A stretch of DNA of 64,000 bases. Origin: a virus. Taxonomy: Duplodnaviria > Caudoviricetes. The notes beneath the pieces are model-generated. The model made no database searches. It was not told where the DNA came from and saw only the letters and a program-made list of their open reading frames with translations. The position numbers and the translations under genes were made by a program. This document shows, in pieces, positions 46,601 to 54,676 of this stretch (its first letter is position 1; the number at the start of each line of letters is the position of its first letter). The DNA lies in the IMG/VR virus record IMGVR_UViG_3300031998_000011, positions 96,001-160,000 of that record. The stretch is one strand, 5' to 3'.

Positions 46601-48414
46601 ATTACGTGGAAGGCAAACTGAAAGAAGCCCATGTTCACGCAGACGATGACCTGGTCGATCCTGAGACCGGCCGCGAGATTCCAGGTGTTCTCACAGGATT
46701 CACCTATGTTCATAAGCTGAAGCACCTGGCTGAGTCCAAGTTGTCAGCCCGTGGCACTGGTGAATACTCTGCAGACGAAACACCCAGTGGAGGCGGCCGC
46801 ACTGGCAGCAAACGCTTCGGTTCTCTTGAAACATCGGCACTCGTTGGACATCAGGCATTTGAGACGCTCAAGGACGCCAAGATCCTGCGCGGTCAATCCA
46901 ACGCAGACTTCTGGCGGTCCATCAGAACAGGCTCCATTCCTGTGATGCCCGGTGAGCCGCTGGTTCATAAGAAGTTCTTTGCACATCTCATCGGCTCTGG
47001 TGTGAACGTCCGCAAGACCCAGAAGGGCATCAGCACGTTTGCGCTTTCCAATGACGATGTGAATGAACTGACCGGACCAAGAGAGCTCCGCTCCAGAGAC
47101 ACGTATGAAGCCAAGAACTTCCGTCCAATCGACGGCGGTCTGTTCGGTCAGGACGTGTTCGGCATCAACGGCGACAAGTGGGGCTACATCAAACTCGATG
47201 AGCCGGTTCCGAACCCTGTCATGGAAGAACCACTTGCCAGACTTCTCCGTATGCCGGACAAGACTTTCATCGGTGTTGCGACCGGCAAGATCGAGTACAA
47301 TGGCATCCGTGGCCCGCTGCAGCTCCGTGATGCACTTGCGAACATTGACCTGAATAAGGAAGCCAAGAACGCGCTGATCGAACTGAAGAACGCTCCGACC
47401 AGTAAGAAGGATGCAATGCTGAAGCGCTACGTGGCAATAGAGCGCATGCGCCGTGCAGGTGTGAGTCCTGACAAGTACATGCTGGACAAAATCCCGGTGC
47501 TGCCTCCGCAGTTCCGTCCAATCACGTCGCACAACGGTCTGACGATGGTGGCTGACAGCAACTATCTGTATGCTCAGCTTCTGGATGCCAGAGATGATGT
47601 GAGAGATGCGCGGGATCTACCGGAAGAGTTCCAGCAGCAGGCTCGTGAACGTCTGTACAAGGACTGGAAGGAATTGACCGGTCTGTACGAACCAGAAAAC
47701 AAAGCCTTCAAGGCTAAGCATATACAAGGACTCCTGAAGTGGGCGCTGGGTGACAGTCCGAAGTTTGGTGCAGCGCAGAGAAAGGTTATCAGCTCTACTG
47801 TAGACACCGTGGGCCGTGGCGTCATTACACCGAATCCCAGACTGAAACTCAATGAAGTCGGTATTCCGGAAGAGATGGCTTTCGGCATATTCTCGCCGCT
47901 GATCGAGCGCGGTCTGGTGCAGCGTGGCTACACTCCAGTGGAAGCCATAAAGCAAGTTCATGACAAGTCTCGGCAGGCTAAGGAACTGCTGACGGAAGTC
48001 ATGAAGACACACCCGGTTATTATGAATCGTGCACCGACGCTGCATAAGCTGAGTGTCATGGCGTTCAACCCGGTACTTGTGACAGGACACGCGCTTCAGA
48101 TCAATCCGAGTATCGTTGTCCCGTTCGGGGCCGACTTCGACGGTGACACCGTGAACATCCATGCGCCAATGTCTGACAATGCCCGTGAAGAGGCCAGACG
48201 TAAGATGTTCCCGGAGCGGAACCTGATTGCCATGAAGAACCGTCAGATAGCGTACAAACCTGAGAAGGAATACCTGCAGGGTCTGTACACTGCGAGCCAT
48301 ATTAACGATAAGTCCGGTGTACGCCCCATCTTAGTTAAGGATCTGAAGGAGGCGCTTGAGGCTTATCGCAAGGGACTCATCAACATTGACGATCCCATTG
48401 ACATTAAGAGCTAA
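43690..48414 (+). CDS. rpoBC: RNA polymerase fusion: beta middle/C-terminus + beta' N-terminus with catalytic site; contains an intein
   Basis: beta: GEGGV..DEMRTVQPSFLGFVDPVRSPE, YEDA, GDKIAGLHGNKG, SPLGVTSRNN, KLKHL, KRFGSLE; beta': GGLFG..FG, PVLPPQFRP, NRAPTLH, FGADFDGD. Confidence 0.95.
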   Translation: MPEAPVSPIQAAGTAMTNIRLTPDKPTKTAADWVRDMRMSPSVNKTTTGVETASVTGDLMLATSKKLLGISRGEREPDPKDSLEFQRFYGPAEYFAEHVLRDGNKLGRNILWKATNVGNLDFMPVNALDKHISDVYYDSKLAQMIDGSSPLETVDASYKTTRIGEGGVGDLDSAPDEMRTVQPSFLGFVDPVRSPESFRVGLDVYMTKNVMKGSDGKLYQKFINAHTGKEELVDSETIAKSVVTTPEMMNSKTKSVFAMGGPTGVRIVPRKDVDYYLPRADEAYSMSSNMVTMPSAVIGMRLLMGCLHPDTNVLIADDHNMIHMMPAKYLNAHKQRIPGMTSEFKTACYDMQNTVAKLTQKPRWFKKIVTKSGRVLVTSYDHRWPVLINGKMTLVQARDLKPGDTILRSAFRDVPNRRTFLNKHLITKDVAFFLGLLCRSAKSNKRGSVTFRYKCGADVRIRDAIHYVWGDCKPVIRQYKKDGFYCMTVRCEAIWQYVEDHIGFTDSTRDIPTEILSTYAEIVAEFLNGYTCDDTMMGTDSNEDIWILFIPNMKVRDELSFLFARIGTDTLYRDAPGADPNHVEIALKISDTSRLWNDMYKDTIKYVWEGPRCPIMVDIDINDNMYAVANGIVTHNSKYPLQAISLDNREAPLVRTLDEASGKDMSSLVGKFLGARFAPQGGVVTAVRKDRIDVIWDDGSKGAVPLYVNFPMNAKGFINNTPVIKAGMPFKKGQILASSNYTDKDGTAALGINLKSGWISWKGGTYEDAVVISEEAAKKLTSTTMYNTSVDLDKTISLGKKNYITWKPAEYTKEQMEQLDDNGVVRPGTVLHKGDPMILAVRTSEPSPGTMGKRILTDLSETWDHDHEGIVTDVVRTRKGVKVFTTVTAPAEIGDKIAGLHGNKGTIAQILPKEQMPQTKQGTPLDICFSPLGVTSRNNTAQLYEALLGKVAKKTGQIQIMPAFFEGDLHDYVEGKLKEAHVHADDDLVDPETGREIPGVLTGFTYVHKLKHLAESKLSARGTGEYSADETPSGGGRTGSKRFGSLETSALVGHQAFETLKDAKILRGQSNADFWRSIRTGSIPVMPGEPLVHKKFFAHLIGSGVNVRKTQKGISTFALSNDDVNELTGPRELRSRDTYEAKNFRPIDGGLFGQDVFGINGDKWGYIKLDEPVPNPVMEEPLARLLRMPDKTFIGVATGKIEYNGIRGPLQLRDALANIDLNKEAKNALIELKNAPTSKKDAMLKRYVAIERMRRAGVSPDKYMLDKIPVLPPQFRPITSHNGLTMVADSNYLYAQLLDARDDVRDARDLPEEFQQQARERLYKDWKELTGLYEPENKAFKAKHIQGLLKWALGDSPKFGAAQRKVISSTVDTVGRGVITPNPRLKLNEVGIPEEMAFGIFSPLIERGLVQRGYTPVEAIKQVHDKSRQAKELLTEVMKTHPVIMNRAPTLHKLSVMAFNPVLVTGHALQINPSIVVPFGADFDGDTVNIHAPMSDNAREEARRKMFPERNLIAMKNRQIAYKPEKEYLQGLYTASHINDKSGVRPILVKDLKEALEAYRKGLINIDDPIDIKS
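44605..45597 (+). mobile_element. Intein (331 aa) with LAGLIDADG-type endonuclease domain
   Basis: Starts CLHPDT, block B TSYDHRW, ends ANGIVTHN followed by Ser; removal restores RLLMG-SKYPLQA (bacterial RALMGANMQRQA); FFLGLL, EFLNGY, LSFLFARIG blocks. Confidence 0.92.
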
Positions 48415-48450
48415 GGTAAGACAAATACCAGATCATACAAGGAGGCTTCA

Positions 48451-49416
48451 ATGCCATACATTCCCTACAGTCAGTTCATGCGCAAAAGCGCAGTCGCCGT
48501 TCTTACACCTGAAGCCATGCAGGCAGCTATGCAGCCGCCTCCGCAGGACCCTGGTATGATGGGAGGCCAGCCCCCGATGGATCCCTCCATGCAGGGCGGT
48601 ATGATGCCTCCCGGCGGCGCACCTCCGATGGATCCGTCCATGATGGGTGGTCAACCGCCTGCCGGTGGTCAGGCACCTATGCCTCCGATGGGTGGTGCCC
48701 CTGCGCCAGCCCCAGCACCTGCCGGTGGTCTTCCGCCTGAGATCATGCAGGACCAGATGTTCATTCGGTTCCTTGCAGAAGCCTTCGGCGTTATGCTGGA
48801 TCCACAGTCTGGTCAGTTCTTTGATCCGAACGGACAACCGGTTCCTCCCGAAATGCTGATGCAGGCTTACCAGGCATATATGCAGGCCATGCAGCAGATG
48901 CAAGGTGGAGCAATGCCGATGGATCCTTCCATGCAGGGCGGTCAGCCCCCGATGGACCAGATGGGTGGTGCTCCAATGGATCCCGCGATGATGCAGGGTC
49001 AGCCTCCTATGGATCCGGCAGCTGGTGGTATGCCTGCTGAAGGTGAACAGCCGATGGATCCCATGATGCAGGAACTGTCCGATCTTCTGGTTTCTGTTGT
49101 CGAGGACTCTGTTGTGACTCCGCTGAAAGATGCGGTGGAAGCCATCAACAAACAGATGAACGATCTGAAAGAACTCATCAAGGGTATGCGCGATGAGATG
49201 GACGTGGTTCGGGACCAGGTTGATGCACAGGAGCACACTACAGACAACCGTTCTGAAGAGGATACGGATGCCGAAAAAGCACTGCGTGAGCAGATTGCTG
49301 CTGATTTGAACCCGACGGTTCCTGTCGAACCTGAAGTCAAGACCGCGTCTGTTCAGCAAGAACCGGCTCAGTGGCGCCCGGTCAATATTATGGATGTTCT
49401 CAATAAACGAGGCTGA
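48451..49416 (+). CDS. Pro/Met/Gly/Gln-rich low-complexity protein with C-terminal coiled coil
   Basis: Multiple PMDP repeats; FMRKSA leader. Confidence 0.75.
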   Translation: MPYIPYSQFMRKSAVAVLTPEAMQAAMQPPPQDPGMMGGQPPMDPSMQGGMMPPGGAPPMDPSMMGGQPPAGGQAPMPPMGGAPAPAPAPAGGLPPEIMQDQMFIRFLAEAFGVMLDPQSGQFFDPNGQPVPPEMLMQAYQAYMQAMQQMQGGAMPMDPSMQGGQPPMDQMGGAPMDPAMMQGQPPMDPAAGGMPAEGEQPMDPMMQELSDLLVSVVEDSVVTPLKDAVEAINKQMNDLKELIKGMRDEMDVVRDQVDAQEHTTDNRSEEDTDAEKALREQIAADLNPTVPVEPEVKTASVQQEPAQWRPVNIMDVLNKRG

Positions 49417-49419
49417 ATC

Positions 49420-50526
49420 ATGGAACAGGGCGTTATCAAGCAGGCCGCGCCGGTACCGATGACACATACAAGTCGTCAGGCTTGGATTGACAATCAGAAT
49501 TTTCAGAACAAGATTCGTGATATTCTGAATAGATTCAGTTCTGATGTGAAGTCTGAAATGGATAGACAGCAGCCGCCACCTGGTATACAGCCTGTATCTG
49601 GTGTGCAGGGCAAGTGGTTCTTCCGGCGGCCTGCATCAGATGCGCCTTTCCTTGATTCTACGATTGATCCAAAACTGCAGGGCAGAACAACGACGAGGAA
49701 AACAGCAATGCTGACTTATACTGATTCCATGCAGAAGTATGCAAAAACACCTTATGCGGAACTGGCTGAAAGACGTGACGCTGGAGATGCAGAGGTCGTG
49801 AATGCTCTGAATACATCTACGCCAGCGGAGCTCGGCTGGAAGGCACTCGGTGCTGGTCTTGGTGCCGGCGGCGGTTATTTGGTGTCCAGATGGCTCCGTC
49901 GTAACGGTACGAAGAAGCAGCGCATGCTCGATATGCTGATTGGTGCTCTGATCGGCGGTGGTGGTGCTCATATTGCCCTGAACAGTGGGACTGACAACAG
50001 CGGTCTGACACGTGCGGAGAAACTTCGTGCAGATGTTTATCGTGAATCGAAAGGTCAGACTGGCCCTGGTGATGTTGATCCCCGTGCAAAAGCATACACA
50101 GGGAAAGACATGTTTATGGATGCCTATGGCGCATTGACCAGAGGTGTCGGCGCACTCGTTGGCGTGAAAGTCGGTGATGCTGTCATTCCTCTTGATACAG
50201 CACTGGCAAATGCTCATACGCACAGACTTGCTCTCAAGAATGGCATTACAAAAGCAGAAATGGGCCAGTACATGTCTACACCGCATACCCAAATATACAA
50301 GAGAGTTACCGGTCCTAATGGACAGGGTACTGTGAATATAATGGGTGGTGAGGGTGCCTGGGCAGGTAACTCCACTGGTAAAGTCCTGCATGGAATTGGT
50401 TCCACTGTGAACAAAGCGATTGGCGGTGTTGGTGGTTACTTCGCCGGCGGCTATATCGGAGATCGTACAGGTAACTGGGTCTATGATCTGGTACACGGTG
50501 ACGAAGCAGACAAAGGGCGTGCATAA
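49420..50526 (+). CDS. Glycine-zipper virion protein with K-x-A leaders
   Basis: VIKQAA, internal TYTDSMQKYA; GAGLGAGGG; ends DKGRA. Confidence 0.7.
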   Translation: MEQGVIKQAAPVPMTHTSRQAWIDNQNFQNKIRDILNRFSSDVKSEMDRQQPPPGIQPVSGVQGKWFFRRPASDAPFLDSTIDPKLQGRTTTRKTAMLTYTDSMQKYAKTPYAELAERRDAGDAEVVNALNTSTPAELGWKALGAGLGAGGGYLVSRWLRRNGTKKQRMLDMLIGALIGGGGAHIALNSGTDNSGLTRAEKLRADVYRESKGQTGPGDVDPRAKAYTGKDMFMDAYGALTRGVGALVGVKVGDAVIPLDTALANAHTHRLALKNGITKAEMGQYMSTPHTQIYKRVTGPNGQGTVNIMGGEGAWAGNSTGKVLHGIGSTVNKAIGGVGGYFAGGYIGDRTGNWVYDLVHGDEADKGRA

Positions 50527-50535
50527 GGATTTCTC

Positions 50536-52383
50536 ATGCGGACTACGCTTGGCAGAGAACTGATCCGGTCGAAGTTGCCGGAGAAGTACAAAGGTTGGGC
50601 TGATAAGGTTCTCGACAAGAAGAACCTGACAGAACTCATGACCAAGATGGCCCTGGATGACCCTGACGGATACGTCGATGTCCTCCAGGACCTGAACAAT
50701 CTGGGTCAGACCGTCGTGTCCCTGTATGGCCGGAATACGGCTCTTCCGTTTGAAGACATCAAGATTTCAAAAGGTGTCAAGAGCCTGAACAAGCAGCTTC
50801 ATGAGGTCATCGACAAGGTTCTGAATGATGACAATCTGACTGAGAAACAGAAGGAAGCCAAGATTACTGATCTCTGCTATAAGTACACCAAGAAGGTCGA
50901 GGACGCTGTATTCGCAGATAACGACCGGCGCTCAACTGCTTTCGCTTCACAGATCAACTCTGGTTCCCGTGGCAATAAGACGCAGCTCATGCAGATGCAG
51001 TTCGGCAACATGGGTATGAAAGATGCCCTGAACCGTGACATGCCCTACATGATGATCGACCCCTATGCAATCGGCGCATCGCCGATGGGCTATTGGGTAT
51101 CTGCTTCCTCCGGTCGCAAAGGTTACTACGACGTCCAGATGGCAACCGGCCAGTCCGGTTATCTTGGCAAGCGCGTGACTGCTGCAACACACGACACTGT
51201 CATCAGTGAAGATGATTGTGGCACCACAGATACAGGCATCCCGTTCCCTGCGAACAGTGAGAAGAATATCGGTGCAGTCCTGCTTCGTCCTTGGCATAAG
51301 TATCCGGCAGGCACAGTCGTGACTGGCAAGATGGTTGGCGAGGCTGATGAAGGCGAGGAAATGGTTCTTCGCAGCCCAATCACCTGCAAGAGCCGACACG
51401 GAATCTGTGCCAAGTGCAGCGGTCTCGGCGAGAACGGTAAGTTCCCTGGCATCGGCGAGTTCGTTCCCATGAACGCAGCTCGTTCCTTTGTTGAAGTCAT
51501 GACGCAGAGCTCAGTCGGTTCCAAGCACAAGGGCGGTGTCGGCGGCCGCAAGGTTGTCGATCCAGAAGGTGAAGATCAGCCCACCGGCTTCCGTGCAGCT
51601 GAGCGCATGTTCACTGTTCCGAAGAACTTCCCAGGCGGTGCTGTCCTGACACCTGTTGATGGTACCGTCACTAATATCCAGGCAGCGCCGCAGGGCGGCA
51701 GCTACATCACAGTTGGCGGTTCCACTGTCTATGCCTCGCCGGCTCGCACCATCAAGGTCAAGGTCGGTGACAAAGTCTATGCTGGGGACGTGCTGACCAA
51801 CGGTGTTCCAAACCCTGCCGACATTGTCGGTTACAAGGGACTCGGAGAAGGTCGCCGGTATTTCACCAACAAATTGAACTCAGTTCTCAAGGATCTCGGC
51901 TGGGGTACGGACCGCCGCAACATAGAGTCGTTCTCCAGAGCGTTCTTGAACAAGGTGGAGATTACGGACCCGGACGGTTTCGGCAACTATCTCCCAGGGG
52001 ACATTGTGGACTACAGTGCAGTGGCCGCAGACTGGGAGCCGCGTGAGAACTCTATTACCACCAAGGCTGACAAGGCACTGAACATGTACCTGGAAAAGCC
52101 TGTATTGTACTACAGCGTTGGAACACGAATTACGCCCGAAGTGGCGAACACGCTGAAGAAGTACAAATTCGACGACGTGACGGTCTCCGATAAGGAACCG
52201 CCATTCTCGGCGAAGTTCCTGCGGCCGACAGAGGCGCTGCAGCACAGCCAGTACTGGTTGCCCCGTATGGCGGGCGAACGGTTGCGCGACAGTCTCTTCG
52301 ACGCAGCACGTCAGGGAATCACTGATCCCTATGACTCACCAAGTTATGTAGACAAAATAGTGGCACAGCCATTCAAACCATAA
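50536..52383 (+). CDS. rpoC: RNA polymerase beta' subunit, C-terminal fragment
   Basis: TTLGR, SGSRG, bridge helix GRKG..D....TGQSGYLGKR, EDDCGT, RSPITC...GICAKC, trigger loop TQ....SKHKGG. Confidence 0.93.
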   Translation: MRTTLGRELIRSKLPEKYKGWADKVLDKKNLTELMTKMALDDPDGYVDVLQDLNNLGQTVVSLYGRNTALPFEDIKISKGVKSLNKQLHEVIDKVLNDDNLTEKQKEAKITDLCYKYTKKVEDAVFADNDRRSTAFASQINSGSRGNKTQLMQMQFGNMGMKDALNRDMPYMMIDPYAIGASPMGYWVSASSGRKGYYDVQMATGQSGYLGKRVTAATHDTVISEDDCGTTDTGIPFPANSEKNIGAVLLRPWHKYPAGTVVTGKMVGEADEGEEMVLRSPITCKSRHGICAKCSGLGENGKFPGIGEFVPMNAARSFVEVMTQSSVGSKHKGGVGGRKVVDPEGEDQPTGFRAAERMFTVPKNFPGGAVLTPVDGTVTNIQAAPQGGSYITVGGSTVYASPARTIKVKVGDKVYAGDVLTNGVPNPADIVGYKGLGEGRRYFTNKLNSVLKDLGWGTDRRNIESFSRAFLNKVEITDPDGFGNYLPGDIVDYSAVAADWEPRENSITTKADKALNMYLEKPVLYYSVGTRITPEVANTLKKYKFDDVTVSDKEPPFSAKFLRPTEALQHSQYWLPRMAGERLRDSLFDAARQGITDPYDSPSYVDKIVAQPFKP

Positions 52384-52393
52384 GAGGTACAGC

Positions 52394-54664
52394 ATGAAGA
52401 GTTTGATCGTTCGCAACGGTCTGATGACCAAGAACGCCGGAGACGAAGGTCCTTCCTTCGAGCAGCAGTTCGGCATTCTCACCAATTCCATGATTGCCGA
52501 GAAGCTGCCGAGCATGGACAACATGAAGCTCGCTTTCCAGCTCATCGAGAAGTCCGATGACGATACCAAAGCATGCGGCGCCGCTGTGTATATGATTGGC
52601 AACTCTGTCGTGTTCGTGCCGTCCTTCTTCAAGGCGAACAAGATTCAGACCGGCGACATGATGTTCGTCGCCCAGACACAGCAGTTCCTGCCTCTGTCCG
52701 ATGCATGGGTTGCGTGGCTGCGTGACAAAGATCTCTCAGATCCCGGCCAGCTCATACCTCGCGAGGCCGTGGGTGACAACAGTTCCGCTAAGGCTACCAC
52801 TATCCGTGACATTGCTGACCCGATCACCAAGACGGCTAAGCAGCAGATGCCAGAGTTATCCGACAAGATCCCTGGACTGTATGTCTGGAACGAGACGAAG
52901 AATACTGCAGAGGACCAGATGAGCAAGTCTGCTAACCGTCTTGCTCCGGTATTCATGCGCGGTCTGCTGTACCTTGATCCTGATATGCAGAAGACGGCTT
53001 CCGACTGCGGCAGCGTTCTGAATGTTGCGCTGCATATGGGCAAAGACGTGGCGGAGTCCATGCTGGATAACCTCATCAAGAACGCCAACTTCATGAACTC
53101 AACGCTGACTTTCTACAGCACGGATGCTGTGAATACCTTTGCCAAGGAAGCGGCAGCCATTGAAGAACGTGAGAACACGCCGACTGTGGAACTCATCCTT
53201 CCGCTGACCAAGGAAGCCAAGACACTCAATTCCCAGGAACTGAAGGCTCTCCACAAGGACGGCTTCTTTATCCGAAAAGTTGCCAACGTTTATCTCGGCA
53301 AGGCTCCTGATGTGGTTCGCCAGAAAAATGTCGAAGGCATGTTCCGTACCCTGAATGCTCCTGGCAAGGCTGGCCTCCTGACTATGAACGGCAACGTTAC
53401 CAAGCACAAAGTCCTGGCGCTTGTCGATACCAGAGACGGCTACGATTGCTGCTGTGGCTGGGAACGTGGCGGGCATTGGGAAGCACCGGCCGAGAACTAT
53501 AAGCGTCCGCGCCAGATGATCGTCATCACCGACGGCGAATATACGGAGCTGCCACATGATGTCATGCACAATGCTCAGGACTTCGAAGAGTGGAAGCCTG
53601 AAATGGCGGAAGGAATCGGCAAGGTCATCACCAACGGCAACTTCAAGAATGTCGAGTGGCATGACATCGTCCTGGTTCCAAGCTCCGGCTGTGCATACAA
53701 GATTCCGGATCGCTGCTGCCACGAAGCCAGCATCTACAGTGTTGCTGCTGAAGACTCCGGCCTGAAGGCCCCGATCATCAGCGAGGCATCTGTTGTCGTT
53801 CCGTTCGGCAGCCGCCTTATCAAGCAGAAAGGCTCCAGCGAGTTCGACCGTCCGATCTCCGTGGACGAAGCTGCCAAGAAGGAAGAAAAGAAGAGCCCGG
53901 ATGCCACCACCCAGTCTCCGTATGTGACGATGGTCACGTTCGAAGTGTTCATGGGTGAGTATCTCAAGAAGAACTACCGCAAAGCCCGTGTTTACAACAA
54001 CGGCAGCGAGTTCGTGATTTCCGGCGACGGTGCTTCCAGTGAGCCGGTCTCCCTGAAGGAAGCCGCGCTGCACCTGGTGAAGGAATACGACATCGAGCCG
54101 GCGGTTGCCAAGATCATGCTCAAGGAAGCCAGCAACGGCGCTACCTATATCAGTCCGAAGAGCCAGACCTACTTCATCGAGAAGAAGGCTGAGGCGTTCG
54201 AGGGCGAGTATAACAACCCGGATGCCGATATCGCTTCCAGCAAATTCATCAACCAGCCGCCGCAGCTCCGCCAGATGGAGATGCCGACGATCCTGGAAGA
54301 CCCGGCCAATCTGGAAAAGGCTGTCGAAACGGCTGCCCAGAACGGCATCAAGGAAGTGTTCGACATAACGGCGCTCAAGATTCTTGCTCGCCAGAACCAC
54401 TTCTTCGACGAGATCCACGACGATATCCCAGGCTTCATGAAGACCATCGACAGCCTGTGCCGCAAGCTGTTCCAGTTCTACTGGCACACGGACAAGATGG
54501 AAGAGAAGTATGGTACAGTGAAAATGAAATCACTCGAAGACAGTCTCAAGTGCACACTTGACAGCCTGTCCGATCTGACCATCTTCTTCAAGCTCCGTAC
54601 CGTGGACGGCACGCAGTCCACAGGCGACGTCACAGGCGAGCTGATGACTGGTCAGATGCTCTAA
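52394..54664 (+). CDS. Large head-associated protein with multiple K-x-A sites
   Basis: MTKNAG, ITKTAK, MQKTAS, IRKVAN, IEKKAE; position in the head operon. Confidence 0.7.
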   Translation: MKSLIVRNGLMTKNAGDEGPSFEQQFGILTNSMIAEKLPSMDNMKLAFQLIEKSDDDTKACGAAVYMIGNSVVFVPSFFKANKIQTGDMMFVAQTQQFLPLSDAWVAWLRDKDLSDPGQLIPREAVGDNSSAKATTIRDIADPITKTAKQQMPELSDKIPGLYVWNETKNTAEDQMSKSANRLAPVFMRGLLYLDPDMQKTASDCGSVLNVALHMGKDVAESMLDNLIKNANFMNSTLTFYSTDAVNTFAKEAAAIEERENTPTVELILPLTKEAKTLNSQELKALHKDGFFIRKVANVYLGKAPDVVRQKNVEGMFRTLNAPGKAGLLTMNGNVTKHKVLALVDTRDGYDCCCGWERGGHWEAPAENYKRPRQMIVITDGEYTELPHDVMHNAQDFEEWKPEMAEGIGKVITNGNFKNVEWHDIVLVPSSGCAYKIPDRCCHEASIYSVAAEDSGLKAPIISEASVVVPFGSRLIKQKGSSEFDRPISVDEAAKKEEKKSPDATTQSPYVTMVTFEVFMGEYLKKNYRKARVYNNGSEFVISGDGASSEPVSLKEAALHLVKEYDIEPAVAKIMLKEASNGATYISPKSQTYFIEKKAEAFEGEYNNPDADIASSKFINQPPQLRQMEMPTILEDPANLEKAVETAAQNGIKEVFDITALKILARQNHFFDEIHDDIPGFMKTIDSLCRKLFQFYWHTDKMEEKYGTVKMKSLEDSLKCTLDSLSDLTIFFKLRTVDGTQSTGDVTGELMTGQML

Positions 54665-54676
54665 CCAGGAGTTTGT

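Noticed and set aside
43690-52383. Cellular rpoBC operon or host contamination
   Set aside because: No ribosomal protein neighbours; genes are split and interleaved with portal, protease and capsid genes.
12640-52390. ATAAG before many start codons as a promoter
   Set aside because: Explained by an extended Shine-Dalgarno (TAAGGAGG) or an upstream TAA stop.
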